From Sphaerodactylus townsendi (taxonomy: Eukaryota), in contig NC_059425.1 of assembly GCF_021028975.2 (NCBI RefSeq), positions 56,172,001-56,236,000 of the forward strand: a stretch of 64,000 bases of DNA. Direction: 5' to 3'. Shown piece after piece: positions 1-12,669 of the stretch. How positions within the stretch are numbered: the stretch's first letter is position 1; every line of letters starts with the position of its first letter. Made by a program: the position numbers and the translations under genes. The notes under the pieces were generated by a model. The model was not told where the DNA came from. It did no database searches and saw nothing but the letters and a program-made list of their open reading frames with translations.

Positions 1-401
1 AAGTGTGACCTGTCTTCATTGAATAGCTCAAAGTTTTGCCTGATTCAAATATGCAAAGTACCAGGCAATGCTAATAAGCCTGTGTTAATCAGTGGCCCGC
101 TGAAGAAGAACCTAATGAGTACCTAATTTTGACACATTGCAAGAAGAATGTACATGAAACTAACAAAAACCATACTGGATTATATATGATTGAGCACAAC
201 AGATGGTAATATTATCTGGGTTGTTTAAAATGATGTATTCCCACGTGGTCAACTGGTCAAGAGACCCAGGTTCAAACAAGATTTATTCATTCTTTAGGTA
301 AGTAGTACAAACCACACAGCCTCTGGAGACTGCTGAGCTCAGCTGTTCAGTACTATTTGGTAGACACTACATCCAAGGAGCTACCCTTGGCCTAGCGAGA
401 T

Positions 402-1308
402 TGTTACCGCGCTGCTCAGGATAACACTTTCCTTACTCAGAGGTATCCCGCTCTCGGCAGCGCCCAGGAACCCAAGCAAGACCCGACAAGGCTCAGATAA
501 ATAAAAGAGATTTATTGAGATGCTGACCTAGGTGTCAGCACCTCCCTTCCGCACAACAGCTCTGCCGCCTAGCAGCTTTGCAACCCCTTAAGTACACTTT
601 CTCCCGTCGGGGGACCGGGAGAACCAAAGACAGCCCACCACCATTCATTAACAAAATTCAAAACAACCAATCATACATTGCAACATGCAGGAACCAATCA
701 GTGTCCGATAGGCATCCCCTTCTCAAGTTTCGTGCCAGAGCAGGGCGAGGCGATGACGTGTTCACTGACGGGGGAAACACAAAGGTTTTCTCCAGGTGTC
801 CAGGGTCAGGAAGCAGAGAGCGATGACGTGTTCCCCTTATCTGCCTGCTGATGGGATTAGGCAGGGCAAGGCGCCTCGACGGAGGTTTCCCTTTGTCCGC
901 GTGCATCAAGAAACTTTACACGTGAATGGGATGGGTCCGGGTGAGGCAGAGATGGCTCTCTGCCTTGGGCCAAGGAGGTTCCATACAAACACAAGTACAG
1001 GGAAACTTGCAAATCCTATTCTTATCTAATACAAACTAGTTTCTACCTAATAAATACAAAACAGAATAAATCTTTTAAACGTTTTTAGTTCAGACACAGT
1101 CCAGGAGCGGGATTCTCTCCTGGCTCCGCTATCAAGATGGCAGCAGTTTTATAACCGCTCAGGAGCATTCTATGTTCTATACCTTTCATTATACTCCAAG
1201 CAGTTAAATACCAAACTAGAAACTCTGGACTCTCCACCAAGCTGTTACAACTAGGAATGTCCCAAGTGATACACAGAAATCTCTCCCCCCCCCCCTTCCT
1301 CCGGCACA
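402..1308 (-). mobile_element. Probable solo LTR (ERV/Gypsy-type)
   Basis: TGT...ACA ends; AATAAA on minus strand at 511-516; two AACCAATCA boxes (~665-700); duplicated GCGATGACGTGTTC (750-763, 820-833); CpG-rich relative to flanks. No direct TSD found, so boundaries are uncertain. Confidence 0.55.
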
Positions 1309-1614
1309 ATCTCTAGTAGCTATTTTTCTTGCCAGAGTTCAAGAATGATTGGTACCTGGAGCACATGCAGGAAAGTCCCAGACATTTGTGACACAGTATC
1401 TCACTCCATGCAAATTCTTATTACAAACATAGCCCCATTGTACCCACATGCAACATGAAATACAATTATTTGCTATCACATGTGTGATTTTGTGGTCAAG
1501 TTACATATGGGTTTTCAAAGTGATACTTGCAATAAAATGAAAGAAGCTCAATTTTATTTTATTAATCTTATTTATTTTATTATCTTATGTTTATTTAACC
1601 ATATTTGCTTAGGT

Positions 1615-1760
1615 CAGTGGTGGCGAACCTTTGGCACTCCAGATATTATGGACTACAATTCCCATCAGCCCCTGCCAGCATGGCCAATTGGCCATGCTGG
1701 CAGGGGCTGATGGGAATTGTAGTCCATAACATCTGGAGTGCCAAAGGTTTGCCACCACGG
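1615..1760. mobile_element. Palindromic hAT-type MITE (146 bp)
   Basis: Whole element is an inverted repeat centred on GGCCAATTGGCC; CAGTGGTGGCGAACC end; perfect 8-bp TSD GCTTAGGT (1607-1614, 1761-1768). Confidence 0.9.
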
Positions 1761-3009
1761 GCTTAGGTAGTTTAGTTAGGTTTTTATTTAAGGTCCCCAT
1801 CGTGTACGTGACTGTTGGAGGCATCCAAGCTTGACTCACGAAGTCACACCCCCCACACCCCCCCCAGCTTTAATGTTCCTGCAGTTGGAACATAAAAGAC
1901 TCATGAAACATCACAAAAGGGTGCAGGACTTGTGACTGTTTTTACCAACCGCACCCAGGAAGAACACCTTTAGCAGTGGCTACCACCTTTTGTCTCCTGA
2001 TGGGATTAAACCGATAAGGTCCAAGGGGGGGGTGCCCTTGAGCCACCTATGAGATCACCCACAGCAGAGAAGACCCCTCCTCCACCTCTGGATTTGCCTT
2101 CCACCAATGAGAAAAGAGGACTTTTTTATTATTTACCCTCCTCCTATATGTTTTAATTTTCCCCCTATAAATTGTGTTGCATGTGCCTTGTTTGGCGCAT
2201 TCGTTTTAGTAAAGTGCTCCTGCATTCAACATCCTTGTGTCGGTCTTCATTTCCACTGAGAAAACCTCCCTTCTTGCCGGCCGGTTTCGCTGCCATCGGG
2301 TTGATACACTTTCAGTTCAGCAGCATTGTTACTTCAGCAGCGGGTAACAAAGCAAGATATATTCAGCGGTTGTTTGCAGTAGCCTGCCTCTGCATGGGCT
2401 GATAGAGTTTTGAGAGAACTGTGACTGGTCCAAGGTCACCCACCAGGCTTCATGGGGAAGAGCAGGGAGCATAACCCAGTTCTCCAGATTAGAATCTGCC
2501 ACACCATGCTGGCTCTCTTGTTATCTTATACATTCCAAAATGTCATCATCCATCGGAACTACACTTATTTTACTTTTCTCCTTCACTATCCCTGCCATGT
2601 AAAAGTATTCATTTACCATATTTGACTTATTAATTTCTCCAGGTCTGCAGCTTAAAAGCACAAGTCTTGCTTCATTTTTAAAACAACTTCACTATTTTAT
2701 GACCTATAAAATAATATAAAGGCCTGAAAGTTTCAGTCTAACAACAGAAGTCACTAGCTTTTATTGGGGGGGGGGGGATTAATTGGGTTTTTTTTAATAA
2801 ATACCGTTACTTACATATACAAGACTTCTTATTTAATGCAGCCAAAGAATCACACCAAAACAATGCCCTAGCATATATTTAGCACAAGTCAAGCACTCAT
2901 CACACCATTCCAAAAAAAAAATCACATAAAGTTTTTTAAAGGGTGGGGGGAGAAAAAAGAATGGAATGGGAAGGGTGGAGAAAGGCAAGAAAATTTAAAG
3001 AATACAAGC

Positions 3010-3228
3010 TGTTTTTTAATACCCGCTTCTCTCTACTGTAAGGAGTTTCAAGGCAGCTTGCAACCCCCCCCACACACACAACAGACACCTTATGATGTAA
3101 GTGGGGCTGAGAGAGTTCAGAGAGAACTGTGACTAGCCCAACTTCACCCAGCAGGCTTTGTGTGGAGGAGTAGGGAAACAAATACAGTTCACCAAAATTA
3201 GACTCTTCTGCTCTTAACCACTACACCA
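3010..3228 (-). mobile_element. Degenerate tRNA-derived SINE (Squam3-like)
   Basis: Shares blocks (GGGGCTGAGAGAG, GAACTGTGACTAGCCCAA, CTCTTAACCACTACACCA) with the fuller copies at 29663 and 51399; another piece at ~2403-2517. Confidence 0.7.
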
Positions 3229-3272
3229 TTAACCAAATTGGATATCAAAGGACACTGAATAATATATTCTGA

Positions 3273-3402
3273 CAGGGGTGTCCAACTCTGGTGCCCCAGA
3301 TGTTCGTGGACTATGATTCTCATCAGCCCCTGCCAGCATGGCCAGGGACTTATGGGAATCGTAGTCCATGAACATCTGGGGCGCCAGAGTTGGACACCCC
3401 TG
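3273..3402. mobile_element. Palindromic hAT-type MITE related to the 1615 family
   Basis: TIR CAGGGGTGTCCAACTCTGG / CCAGAGTTGGACACCCCTG; shares core CATCAGCCCCTGCCAGCATGGCC; TSD degraded. Confidence 0.8.
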
Positions 3403-6400
3403 TTCTATGATATTAAGTGTACTGTGTGCACAAGGGGAAAAAAGAAAACCTATGGAGAACTGCAGGAGTGTCAGAAAAGCAGTGGGGTCATCAAGCGTGC
3501 CCTTCCCTCGAGGCACAGGCATATGCAGAGGAGTAAAAGAGGGTGAGTGCTGGGCTAGGCCTCTACAGCTTGCCAAAGCTGCTTCTGAACCAGTGCATGA
3601 CCCCCATCTGTATGGGAATTACACAGGAGCTATGAGAACAATGCTCAATTGCTTCACTGGCTCTTTTCGTTCTTGACATTTATTGTAACTCTGAACCCGA
3701 TTAAGGACTGATCAGCCATTCTTTTGTTAGGTGCCCCTTAGAGGGCTTGTGCTATATTAAGAAAACTGCCAGACACTTTCTGATGCAACACCAGTTTATG
3801 TCCCTGCTAAAAATAAGGGTGAATGTTGTGACATGTAAATAAAAAGGGGACTTTAGAGCTTCTTTACAGTATTGATTTTTAATACGTAGAAAAGCAAATA
3901 ATTAGAACAGCTAGGAAAATAAAGCAGAATTTTCTTGACAAATAATTCACTTTGAGAATGTAGCAATGTTTGTATTTATACCCCACTTTTCTCAAATGTT
4001 AGATCCTTCATTGCTTTGGATATTGAATTACATGTCTCTTTTTGTCTGAGGCTGTGTCACCACGATCATAATAAGAATCCCTCCAATGATGCTTTTAAAA
4101 AAATTCAAGCAATTTCCTTGCCTGTGTCAATTATTGCCCTGCTTTGTTCCCACCCAGTGTTGTATATCCTAATTTTCTACATTCTAAACAATAATAAATG
4201 GTTCCCTAGAGTGCCTTGTAGGTGAAAGAGAAATGTTTTAAATAAATACATCTTTTCGCAGCTAAGGTAATGCTGGCTCCATTTTGAAAAAGTCCTTTAA
4301 TTTCAATTGATCAAAAAATGACTGATTAATGTTTGAGTATTGTTGAAACAAGCATGTTAATTTTACCAGGTCCTCCAGATGATCTCCAATGGAGGGAGGG
4401 AACTGGGATGCATGAAATGAATGTCTGAGATTTATCCACGCAATTGCCAAATCACCTAAACTTAACCTGGGTCTACAACTAACCATAGCTAGAATACTAA
4501 AAGCCCCTTTAGGCACATCCAAACAATTTTCTTACTTTCCCCCTCCAATTGGCAGACAACCATGCTATCCAGTAGCACACCTTTTCAAAAGTGCTTTTAC
4601 ATGGGACACTGAGGAAAAATGCTGCTGTTGAAGGAACACAAACAAGTTCACAATCCCCTTGATTATAATTAAACCAGTTACGCCATTACTTGAATCTTGG
4701 CTGCTTACAATAATGAACATTGCCAGATTCAGTTACACAGACTGATTCTGCAATAATACTTTGGCCATACCTATTTCTCAACTTCTAGCTGTTTTAGAAG
4801 GACAACGTTAAGAAGGGCAAAATCTAAACACAAACTCACACGTGGTCTTATCAGTTTTAATCTATATAAAATAAGTGCTTCTGTACAAATATACATTTTA
4901 CAATAACAAAATATTTATATGCTAGTATACAAGCTTAGTTTGTTGATACACATTTTAAAATGGAATTTCAAGAGCAGAGTTTTTCACTTATTTTCCTCTT
5001 TTGGCTGTTTAATTAAGAAAACATTTCTAAGGAACAGTACTTGAGGTTGTTCTTTTTTCTAAATAAAACCCTTTTGAAAGTTTGCATTTTGAGGAATAAT
5101 TGATACACAATAAATTCTAATTAGTAAAAAGGAAAGTAAGTCATACAAATAGCACTGATTTTGGAAACTTAATAAATAAATCTCAATTAATCATAGAATA
5201 TAATCACATGCATTGTCTCATGTTTCCCAAAGGTGGAAGCAAAGGTCAAGGGTAGTCTTTACAGTGCAGGGCTTTTGAGAAGAAAGCCCTGGAAACTTAT
5301 AGTGCCTTTACTGGCTAAGCAGCCATTCTGAGGCAAAGAAATACCAAACCCAAGACAATATTTCCAAATTACTGCTTTACTATAGTCTTTGCACGTGTAT
5401 GACTGAACTGAAATGAATAAATTCATTTTTGCCTACATCACTTTTCAGGACAGTGTAGTACATTCTACTCTGCACTACATTCCAAACTGTCTTTTTAAAA
5501 AAGCAGTCAAACTGCCTATTAGGTTAGCACCTATAGCTTAACATGAATTCCTAGGGTATAGTAAAGCAAACAGGCAAACAATAAAACCTATATTTTCACT
5601 TTGCATGACAGAACAGCAGGACTAAGAAGGGAGATAATATGTAAATAAACTGAATGGTAAATAGAATAACTTGATATGGATTTATGAAGTTATCTAAACC
5701 GTTTTGTAACAGTGCAGAGATTAGGAACCCCCAAAACAGAATTCAGTTCAGATTCATGTGTCGAATCAATTAAAGGCGCAGAGTTCAAGAGACTAAACAT
5801 GGTGATGCCAAACTGCAAGACATGCAATGGGCTACTGTTTCAATTTAAAAACAGCATATTACGTTTAGACTGGGGGGGGGGGGGGGAGGATTCCATGACA
5901 ATTATCAAATATAGTTACATTTGTCAGCTTGTCAGGGCCATACTAGATGCTTTGCAGCACTCTGGGAACCCAAGTCTACACTGAAGATCAGGGCATGAGG
6001 AGCGGGAGACAAGAGGACATACATTTGGAGGACAGAAGAAGCGACTGAAGAGGGATGTTTAAACTTTCTCTTGCCTTTCACCTCTCTCCTGTGCAATTAT
6101 CTGCCAGTGGCTTCATCCCAAATGGTTGGGAGGGGGAGGTAGGGCAGACTGCTTAAGAATCACCCTCCAAACTTTCCCTGCAACTTTTTATATGTTACAG
6201 AAAACCTGTCTCAGATGCAGAATACCTGGTTTGGCCCTCAGATATTGCAGATACAGATATTGCAGAAAAGGACCTGTACAGGTAAACGTAATATTTACAC
6301 ACCAAAAATGCAAATCATTGCCACGAACTAAAAATCCTATTGTGTACACATAAGCAATTGTGCATTTTCTGCACAATTTCAAACTTTTTCAGGAAATGGC

Positions 6401-6497
6401 TTTTGAATCACATGACATGGTGTCTTCTGCTTGGAGATGCAGATGGAGAATCCTGGCTATGCCAGTGCATAGCTCTCTACATTGAGCTCTTTTTCTC

Positions 6498-6503
6498 TTT
6501 ATT
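6498..6503 (-). promoter_or_regulatory. Candidate NSL1 polyadenylation signal
   Basis: AATAAA on the minus strand ~465 nt downstream of the NSL1 stop; usage unproven. Confidence 0.4.
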
Positions 6504-6968
6504 GAGTCAGAGATATGCTGAGTTGTGTTTTTTTTAATCCACATTTTGTAATTGACCATTTGATTGTAATACAGTGATGCTTCTGTAGTTTCAGGCTTGA
6601 ATCTCAAATGACAATACTCCACAACACTGCTGACAAATGGTCCTCACTGAATGATCATGGGGATGTGAAAAACTACAACATGAAAAGTCTGCAGTTGTCT
6701 GACATAACATTAAGCACAGTGAGAGGACCAAACTAGAACCTCTAAAACTACAAGTCAAAATTGATTGGTCATCTGGTGTCCAGAGGATGTCACTACCAAT
6801 GTTTCTCCAGACAACTCAGACTCCTTGGTGTGGTAGACAAGTTCAAATAGGCAAAAACATCTCCTATAAATGTGAGAAGCAAAGATCATATATACATATG
6901 AAGGTCCAATTAAACAGTTCTCTCAAAGCAGATGGTAGTTTTGGGAATGCTTGAAAGTAAAAAAAAAT

Positions 6969-7244
6969 TCATGTGTCAAGACCAATTTTCCTTCGTCGTA
7001 ATGGATACTTTCTCTGTGGTGAACATGACGGCCTCTTTATTTTCAGTATAACAGAACTGCTGATAGCAGTCTCTGGGGATATGACTTCTACTTGTTCTGT
7101 AAGGGTTTTGCTCTCAGTTTGATTCTCTGCTTTCACTTGGGAGCTGGAAAAAACTTCTTGGCGGATTTTGCACAGTTCTAAAGTTGGCTGCCAAGATAAC
7201 ACCGTGGAGAAACCTTCTGCTTTTCCCAGGAGAGACGTCATAAA
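6969..7244 (-). CDS. NSL1: NSL1 (MIS12 kinetochore complex subunit) coding exon 6, last
   Basis: FMTSLLGKAEGFSTVLSWQPTLEL...PQRKYPLRRRKIGLDT* matches the recalled vertebrate NSL1 C-terminus; acceptor ttttgtccccAAG; TGA at 6969-6971. Confidence 0.93.
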   Translation of the reverse strand, partial: FMTSLLGKAEGFSTVLSWQPTLELCKIRQEVFSSSQVKAENQTESKTLTEQVEVISPETAISSSVILKIKRPSCSPQRKYPLRRRKIGLDT

Positions 7245-8772
7245 CTTGGGGACAAAATAAAATGTTCATAAATAACAATAATGAAGCCGCAAGGCAGATT
7301 CCAACACTAGCTCATATACTGCATACATTAAAATCAGGTGTGCAGAGCAATTCAAACAAACATTATTGTAGAATGGGACCTCATTTCTCCGAAGTTAAAT
7401 AGTGTGATTGTTGTACTTTTCTGCTTTCATAGTGACCCCATTCTTTTTACTTTAATGCTATCATTCCACTTCACTATGTTTAAACCAGCACAAACACACA
7501 AAAGAACACTTTTCCAGTAACAGAAGTCTGAAATTCTTTTCTCTTAAAGATTCAAATTTCAAGTATTTCCAAGGGCTGCATTTGAGCAATTTCAGCTAAT
7601 ATTCAGTGCCCTACAGTTATAAGCCATTAGAGAATGGTTCCTTTTCTCTCTGAGGAATATGTGATACCCTTCATGAATTTTAACTTCACAGCAATATAAA
7701 TTTGTTTTAGGGTGCAATTTTGAAAGATTAATGTTAATGACACAAATTCACTTTAATTGAATCTAATGAAAACATATACAACTATCCAAAATGACCCCCC
7801 CTCCCCCCAGAGTTGCTGTCTGCCCCATTTAGGGGAATATTTAATCATCTATATTTTGTCTATGTAATTCTCCTAACAGGACAAACATCAGCTCCATGGG
7901 GCTGTTCCAAGACAGAAAAATTGCTCAGGGGAAAAGTCCTTCTTTACCCAAGCTAAATAGGGGCTCTGTGAAGCTGTTATTTCATAAGAAATACTAGTTC
8001 TCCTCACTAATCTCCTAGTTCGTTGTTTATGAAAAATACCCACGCCTTTTCAAATACAGCTGCAGATTTTTAAATTTATTTATAATCTGCCTCTCTCAAT
8101 GGGACTCAGGGTGAATTACAGAGAATAAATCAATACAATTAACAGACCAAAGGTGAGGCACAGCATAAGAGTTAACATGAAATGTTAAACAGAGGCAGAA
8201 ATTACATAATAGGAACCTACTTAATAGCAACAGATAATACAGCCTACACAGTGGTATAGTCTAGTGTCCCTAACCCTTTACCACAAACTTCTTTCTGAAT
8301 CTTATGGTTGCTATGTGGTTATATATAAATTAGATGGTTCATCTAGTGTTTCAACAGTTGTCCTATACAAATAAACAAGATCCAGACTAAATTTTCTTTA
8401 AAAAAATATTCGTTTTGTCTGGAGAAAAAAATCCTTTAAAAAAGAGGGCAAGAGAGGGAATTTTACCTAATAAAAGACATCTGCCAGGAAGTCTACACTG
8501 ATTACATATCATTTTCTTAGAAGATATTTTGTATTTTCAATGCAGGCTAAATTTTCCACCAGGGGAAGGGAACTTTCCTGCCCCTTCCCCACTGCAGTTC
8601 ACTGATCCTTTACAAAATGCTGCTCCTAGAGGATAGGGAACCCCCTAGCAACAGCATGGAGGGGTGGGCAATGAGAAGGGGGAAATGGGTGTAAATGACC
8701 ACCTTTTCATGCCCCGTATCTGAAAATGTTAACTGATTATGCAGTTGCTGCTACATCTCTTACAGATCTCAC

Positions 8773-8840
8773 CTGAAATGAATTTCCAATATGTCTGGCT
8801 GCTGCTTCTGCTGAAAGCCTCAGGTCTGCCATATGAGAAT
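8773..8840 (-). CDS. NSL1: NSL1 coding exon 5 (68 nt)
   Basis: ttctttgtag|ATTCTCATATGGCAGAC...TTTCAG|gtgaga; (D)SHMADLRLSAEAAARHIGNSFQ; phases fit neighbours. Confidence 0.9.
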
Positions 8841-9054
8841 CTACAAAGAAACCACAGAATCAGTAAATATTCTCCTGGAAAAAACTCCATTTATCCACAG
8901 CAAACAGAAAAGGCTGGGGTTACAAGGTCAACTCAATGATTTCCAATAGGTAAATCATTACTTTAAGGCCTTTCATATTTTTGAATCGTTCACAGTATGG
9001 ACTTTCTAACAACTTTAGGAACACATCTGATAATATCAAAGGAAGCCTCTATAG

Positions 9055-9240
9055 CAGCGGTTCTCAACCTGTGGGTCGTGACTCCTTTGGGGGTCAAACG
9101 ACCCTTTCACAGGGGTCGCCTAAGACTCTCTGCATCAGTGTTCTCCATCTGTAAAATGGATAAATGTTAGGGTTGGGGGTCACCACAACATGAGGAACTG
9201 TATTAAAGGGTCATGGCATTAGGAACGTTGAGAACCACTG
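9055..9240 (+). mobile_element. SPIN/URR1-like non-autonomous hAT transposon (186 bp)
   Basis: TIR CAGCGGTTCTCAACC / GTTGAGAACCACTG; subterminal sequence matches the recalled SPIN/URR1 consensus; perfect 8-bp TSD CTCTATAG. Confidence 0.9.
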
Positions 9241-9653
9241 CTCTATAGCTCCTGGTAGACACGATAGTGTATTGCCAACTGAATAACTGTTCAGTATTTT
9301 AAAAAGAAATTATACCCAATATTGACATTCAGCACTACCACTCAGGAATCTCTCAACAAGTACTGAACACACTTGAAATCCTAGAAGTGGAGACATTTGC
9401 AACTGCTGTACAAAAACCACTCCTGCTAGCCACCTGGCCAATAAGAGCAACAGCAGGCTTGTAAGTAACTATTTGACAAGTAAGAAGCAGTCTCAGAAAT
9501 TTGACAGAATTTTTCCTCCTAACTTTGGCTCCAAGTGGCTAAACAATTCTGTATGTGCTGGTGGGATAAAACCCTTTTTGTGGATTAGCACTTTCCCTGA
9601 ACCTACCTGCAAGACTGGGCAAAGTTTTTTTGCTATTCAGTATCCCTCTCGTT

Positions 9654-9858
9654 GCCCTGACCTGGATAGACCAGGCTAGCCCAATCCCATCAGATCTCAG
9701 CAACGAAGCAGAGTCAGCCCTGGTTAGTATTTGGATGGGAGACCACCACGGAAGCCCAGGGTCACTACAAAAAGACAGGCAATGGCAAACCACCTCTGAA
9801 TGTTTCCTGACTTGAAGATCCTACAGGGTCATCATAAATTGGAAACAACTTGACAGCC
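9654..9858 (+). mobile_element. 5S rRNA-derived SINE with RTE/BovB-like tail (5S-Sauria-like)
   Basis: GATCTCAGCAACGAAGCAGAGTCAGCCCTGGTTAGTATTTGGATGGGAGACC resembles the 5S A/C boxes; followed by GGCAATGGCAAACCAC typical of RTE-mobilised tails. Confidence 0.8.
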
Positions 9859-12627
9859 AGAAACAGAACAACCCTCCATTGTTCTCCATTTTACGTTCAC
9901 CTTCAAGTTCATCGACTTGAAGCATATATTTTAAGTTTAAAAAGAGAGGGACTTCACAGCTTGGTAACAAACAAAAAAGCTATAGAGTCTTCACAATTTC
10001 AGCCCTGGTTCATGTGTTCAACTGACAAGTGCCATTACTACTGTAGCCTAGACATCCCTATCAAGTAAAGCCTTTAGCAGAGAGGACAATATGTGTCACT
10101 ATCAATAAAAGAAGCCAAGTAGGGCTTTCCAAGGCTTGGGCTTCATGTGATCTTATGCCTCAGATAACAATTCCCCTGTACAGTTATGGAGACAGGCTTG
10201 CTTTTATGGGGCGTTACTAAATGTACAAACCAGGGTGAAGACTTGACTCCCACCTGCTTTTCTGAAGACATTTTCTAATGAGTCAAATGCATTGGGTTGG
10301 ACACACCCAAGAATCAGACTCCACAGAACAAAGGGGATGTGGACCACCCCACAAGCTACCATCTACAGGACACTGTAAACAACTGCATTTGCATCATCAG
10401 TAGTGTGATGCAATGACTAGAGTGTTGGATTGAAACTAGAAAGAGCCCTGTGGCTCTTTAGATTGCCCCAAAGTCATTCTGCTCTGTCTAGCCTACTTCT
10501 CAGGGTTACGTTCTCAGGGTTACATAAGGAGACAAGAACTCTGGAGAAAGGGTGAGTTAAAAATGGTAAAAACAAAGAGCTAAAAATGCAAGAATCCAGA
10601 GGATCCATACAAATCTTGTTGGCGTATGGAATGTCTACAATCCCTAGTAGGCAACTGGAAACCCAGCTGCTTGCCTCTTGCTGAATAACACGACTAAAAG
10701 TAATCAGGGTTTTTGCCTCAATGTTAGTGGCTAACAAGGGCTGAAGTTAATGTACAGCTTTTAGGGACTCCACAGCTTTCTCAGGGGACATTAAACTAGT
10801 CAGTCAGTTTCAATGAATCCTGGTTTTTACTTTTAGCAATTACGTTTTTTTTCCCTGTCAGAAACACATGAAGTGAAAACAGTTAACCTGAAAACAAAAA
10901 GCAGGTACTTCAAAGCAATAACTTATTCAGTTAAGGCAGAGTCAGAGAAACTGTTAGAGAAAATGAGGCAGTGAGGTATTTGTAAAACATTGATATCATG
11001 GTAGTAAAAAGAAAGTGAAATTCTTTATGTACTTTCCCATACATTAAAGAAGAATAAATATGACTCTTGCCAAAACTGAGAGCAAGGCAACATTTCACTG
11101 TGGATATCACAGCTTCAGTAAACAAGTGCTTTGGTGCATGAACCATGAGAAGAAAAGGGGGAAAAAACCCAGCAGCTTTCAAGGCACACTTTGTACGCAG
11201 GAACTCTGAAGAGACAGGGGTTGTAATTCCTCACTCAAAAGTACAGCACAGAGAACCTTTACAGTAAAACACTACGTAGGAAAAGTGGTCAAGAGTCCCC
11301 AAAAGCTGCCGGTAAAGACACAGTAGCTGTTGGAGGTGCTTGGCTGGCTGGCTGGTTGGCTCCAAATGTGCCCCAGTGCTGGAATCTGCCAGTTCAGCTT
11401 GCATCACCTGACAGTTATCCACTATTTTTTGTGCAGTTGCATGCATCTGGGATATGATCTACATGAACTAGGTTTAAATAGACTAGTGGCTAGTATGCTG
11501 AGACTGGAAAGACTCAAGTTCAAATCCCTGTTCAGCTACCAAGCTTACTGGGTGACCTCGGGACCAGTTGCTATTTCTCAGGTCAAACTGTTTCACAGGG
11601 TTATTATGAAAATATGCCATCCTAAGTTTTTTGGAAGAAGGATGGAATAAATATGTTACAATAATCCCAGTTCAGTCGTAAACTTCCTGAATAAATCTGG
11701 ACAAATCACTCCCTCTTTGTCTCAGGTCCCATCTGTGAAGTGGAAAATAGTAATGATGGAAGTTATTGGGAGATACAGTAAGAGGCTATGGAGTTATTCA
11801 CTGCCAAGGAACAGCTTGTGACCTTTCCAGGGGCTCTGAATGACATTATCGAGTTGAGCAGTACGATGCGATCTCGATACCAACTGATTCTGTGCTTAGC
11901 TTCATGCGAGAGACTCGAGACATGGCAATATCTTCAAGGTATTTGATTATTAGTAGCTGAACGTTATTTACATGGCTTCCACAACACAGGGAAATGAAAG
12001 GAGGAAATGAAAGATAGTGAGTAACCTAAATAATTTTTGGTTTCTGTCCACCATAGTTACTAAACATGAATGCATGAACAACCCAGATGCTATGCAAAAT
12101 ACATACAATTGTGCATTAATTTGTATAACATTTAATAATTTTGTTTTTGCTCAGTTTAGAAGCACAGACAGATGCACTGCCTGTTGCATACCTACTAAGG
12201 GATGCAGAAAGGTCTCAAGTTTATTACTACAACATTTTAAGGCTTTTTCCTTACAATATCCTCACAACTCTTCTCTGAGGTTAGTAATTCATAGTCATAT
12301 TTTTGTTGCTTTCCCTCAGGTCACTCAGTGAGTCCAGGTCACTACTGGGATGAGGAGGTAAAGGAAGTCACTCAAACGAGCAGAACTCCTTGCCTGAAAT
12401 GTGACCAAACCCACAGATGATGGAAAATCCTTTGCTGTACAGGAAGCAGCATGTTAAAGAGGAAATGGTGCCTAGAATTGGTAGTTAGCAGCAAAGCTCC
12501 ACATCCGTCCAGCAAAACGTGTTAACTAGCAAGCTGCTAACACACATGCGAAGCAGAGGCCCAACTTATACCTCAATCTGAGATCTGTCATGGATCCTGT
12601 TTGGTGTTTCTCTTTGGGAGGTTTCGA

Positions 12628-12669
12628 ACACACACACACACGCACACGCACGCACGCACGCACGCACGC
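12628..12669. repeat. (CA)n/(CGCA)n compound microsatellite
   Basis: Read directly from the sequence. Confidence 0.9.

Noticed and set aside
9680-9745. 5S rRNA gene
   Set aside because: Diverged, lacks proper 5S ends and continues into an RTE-type tail, so it is a SINE head.
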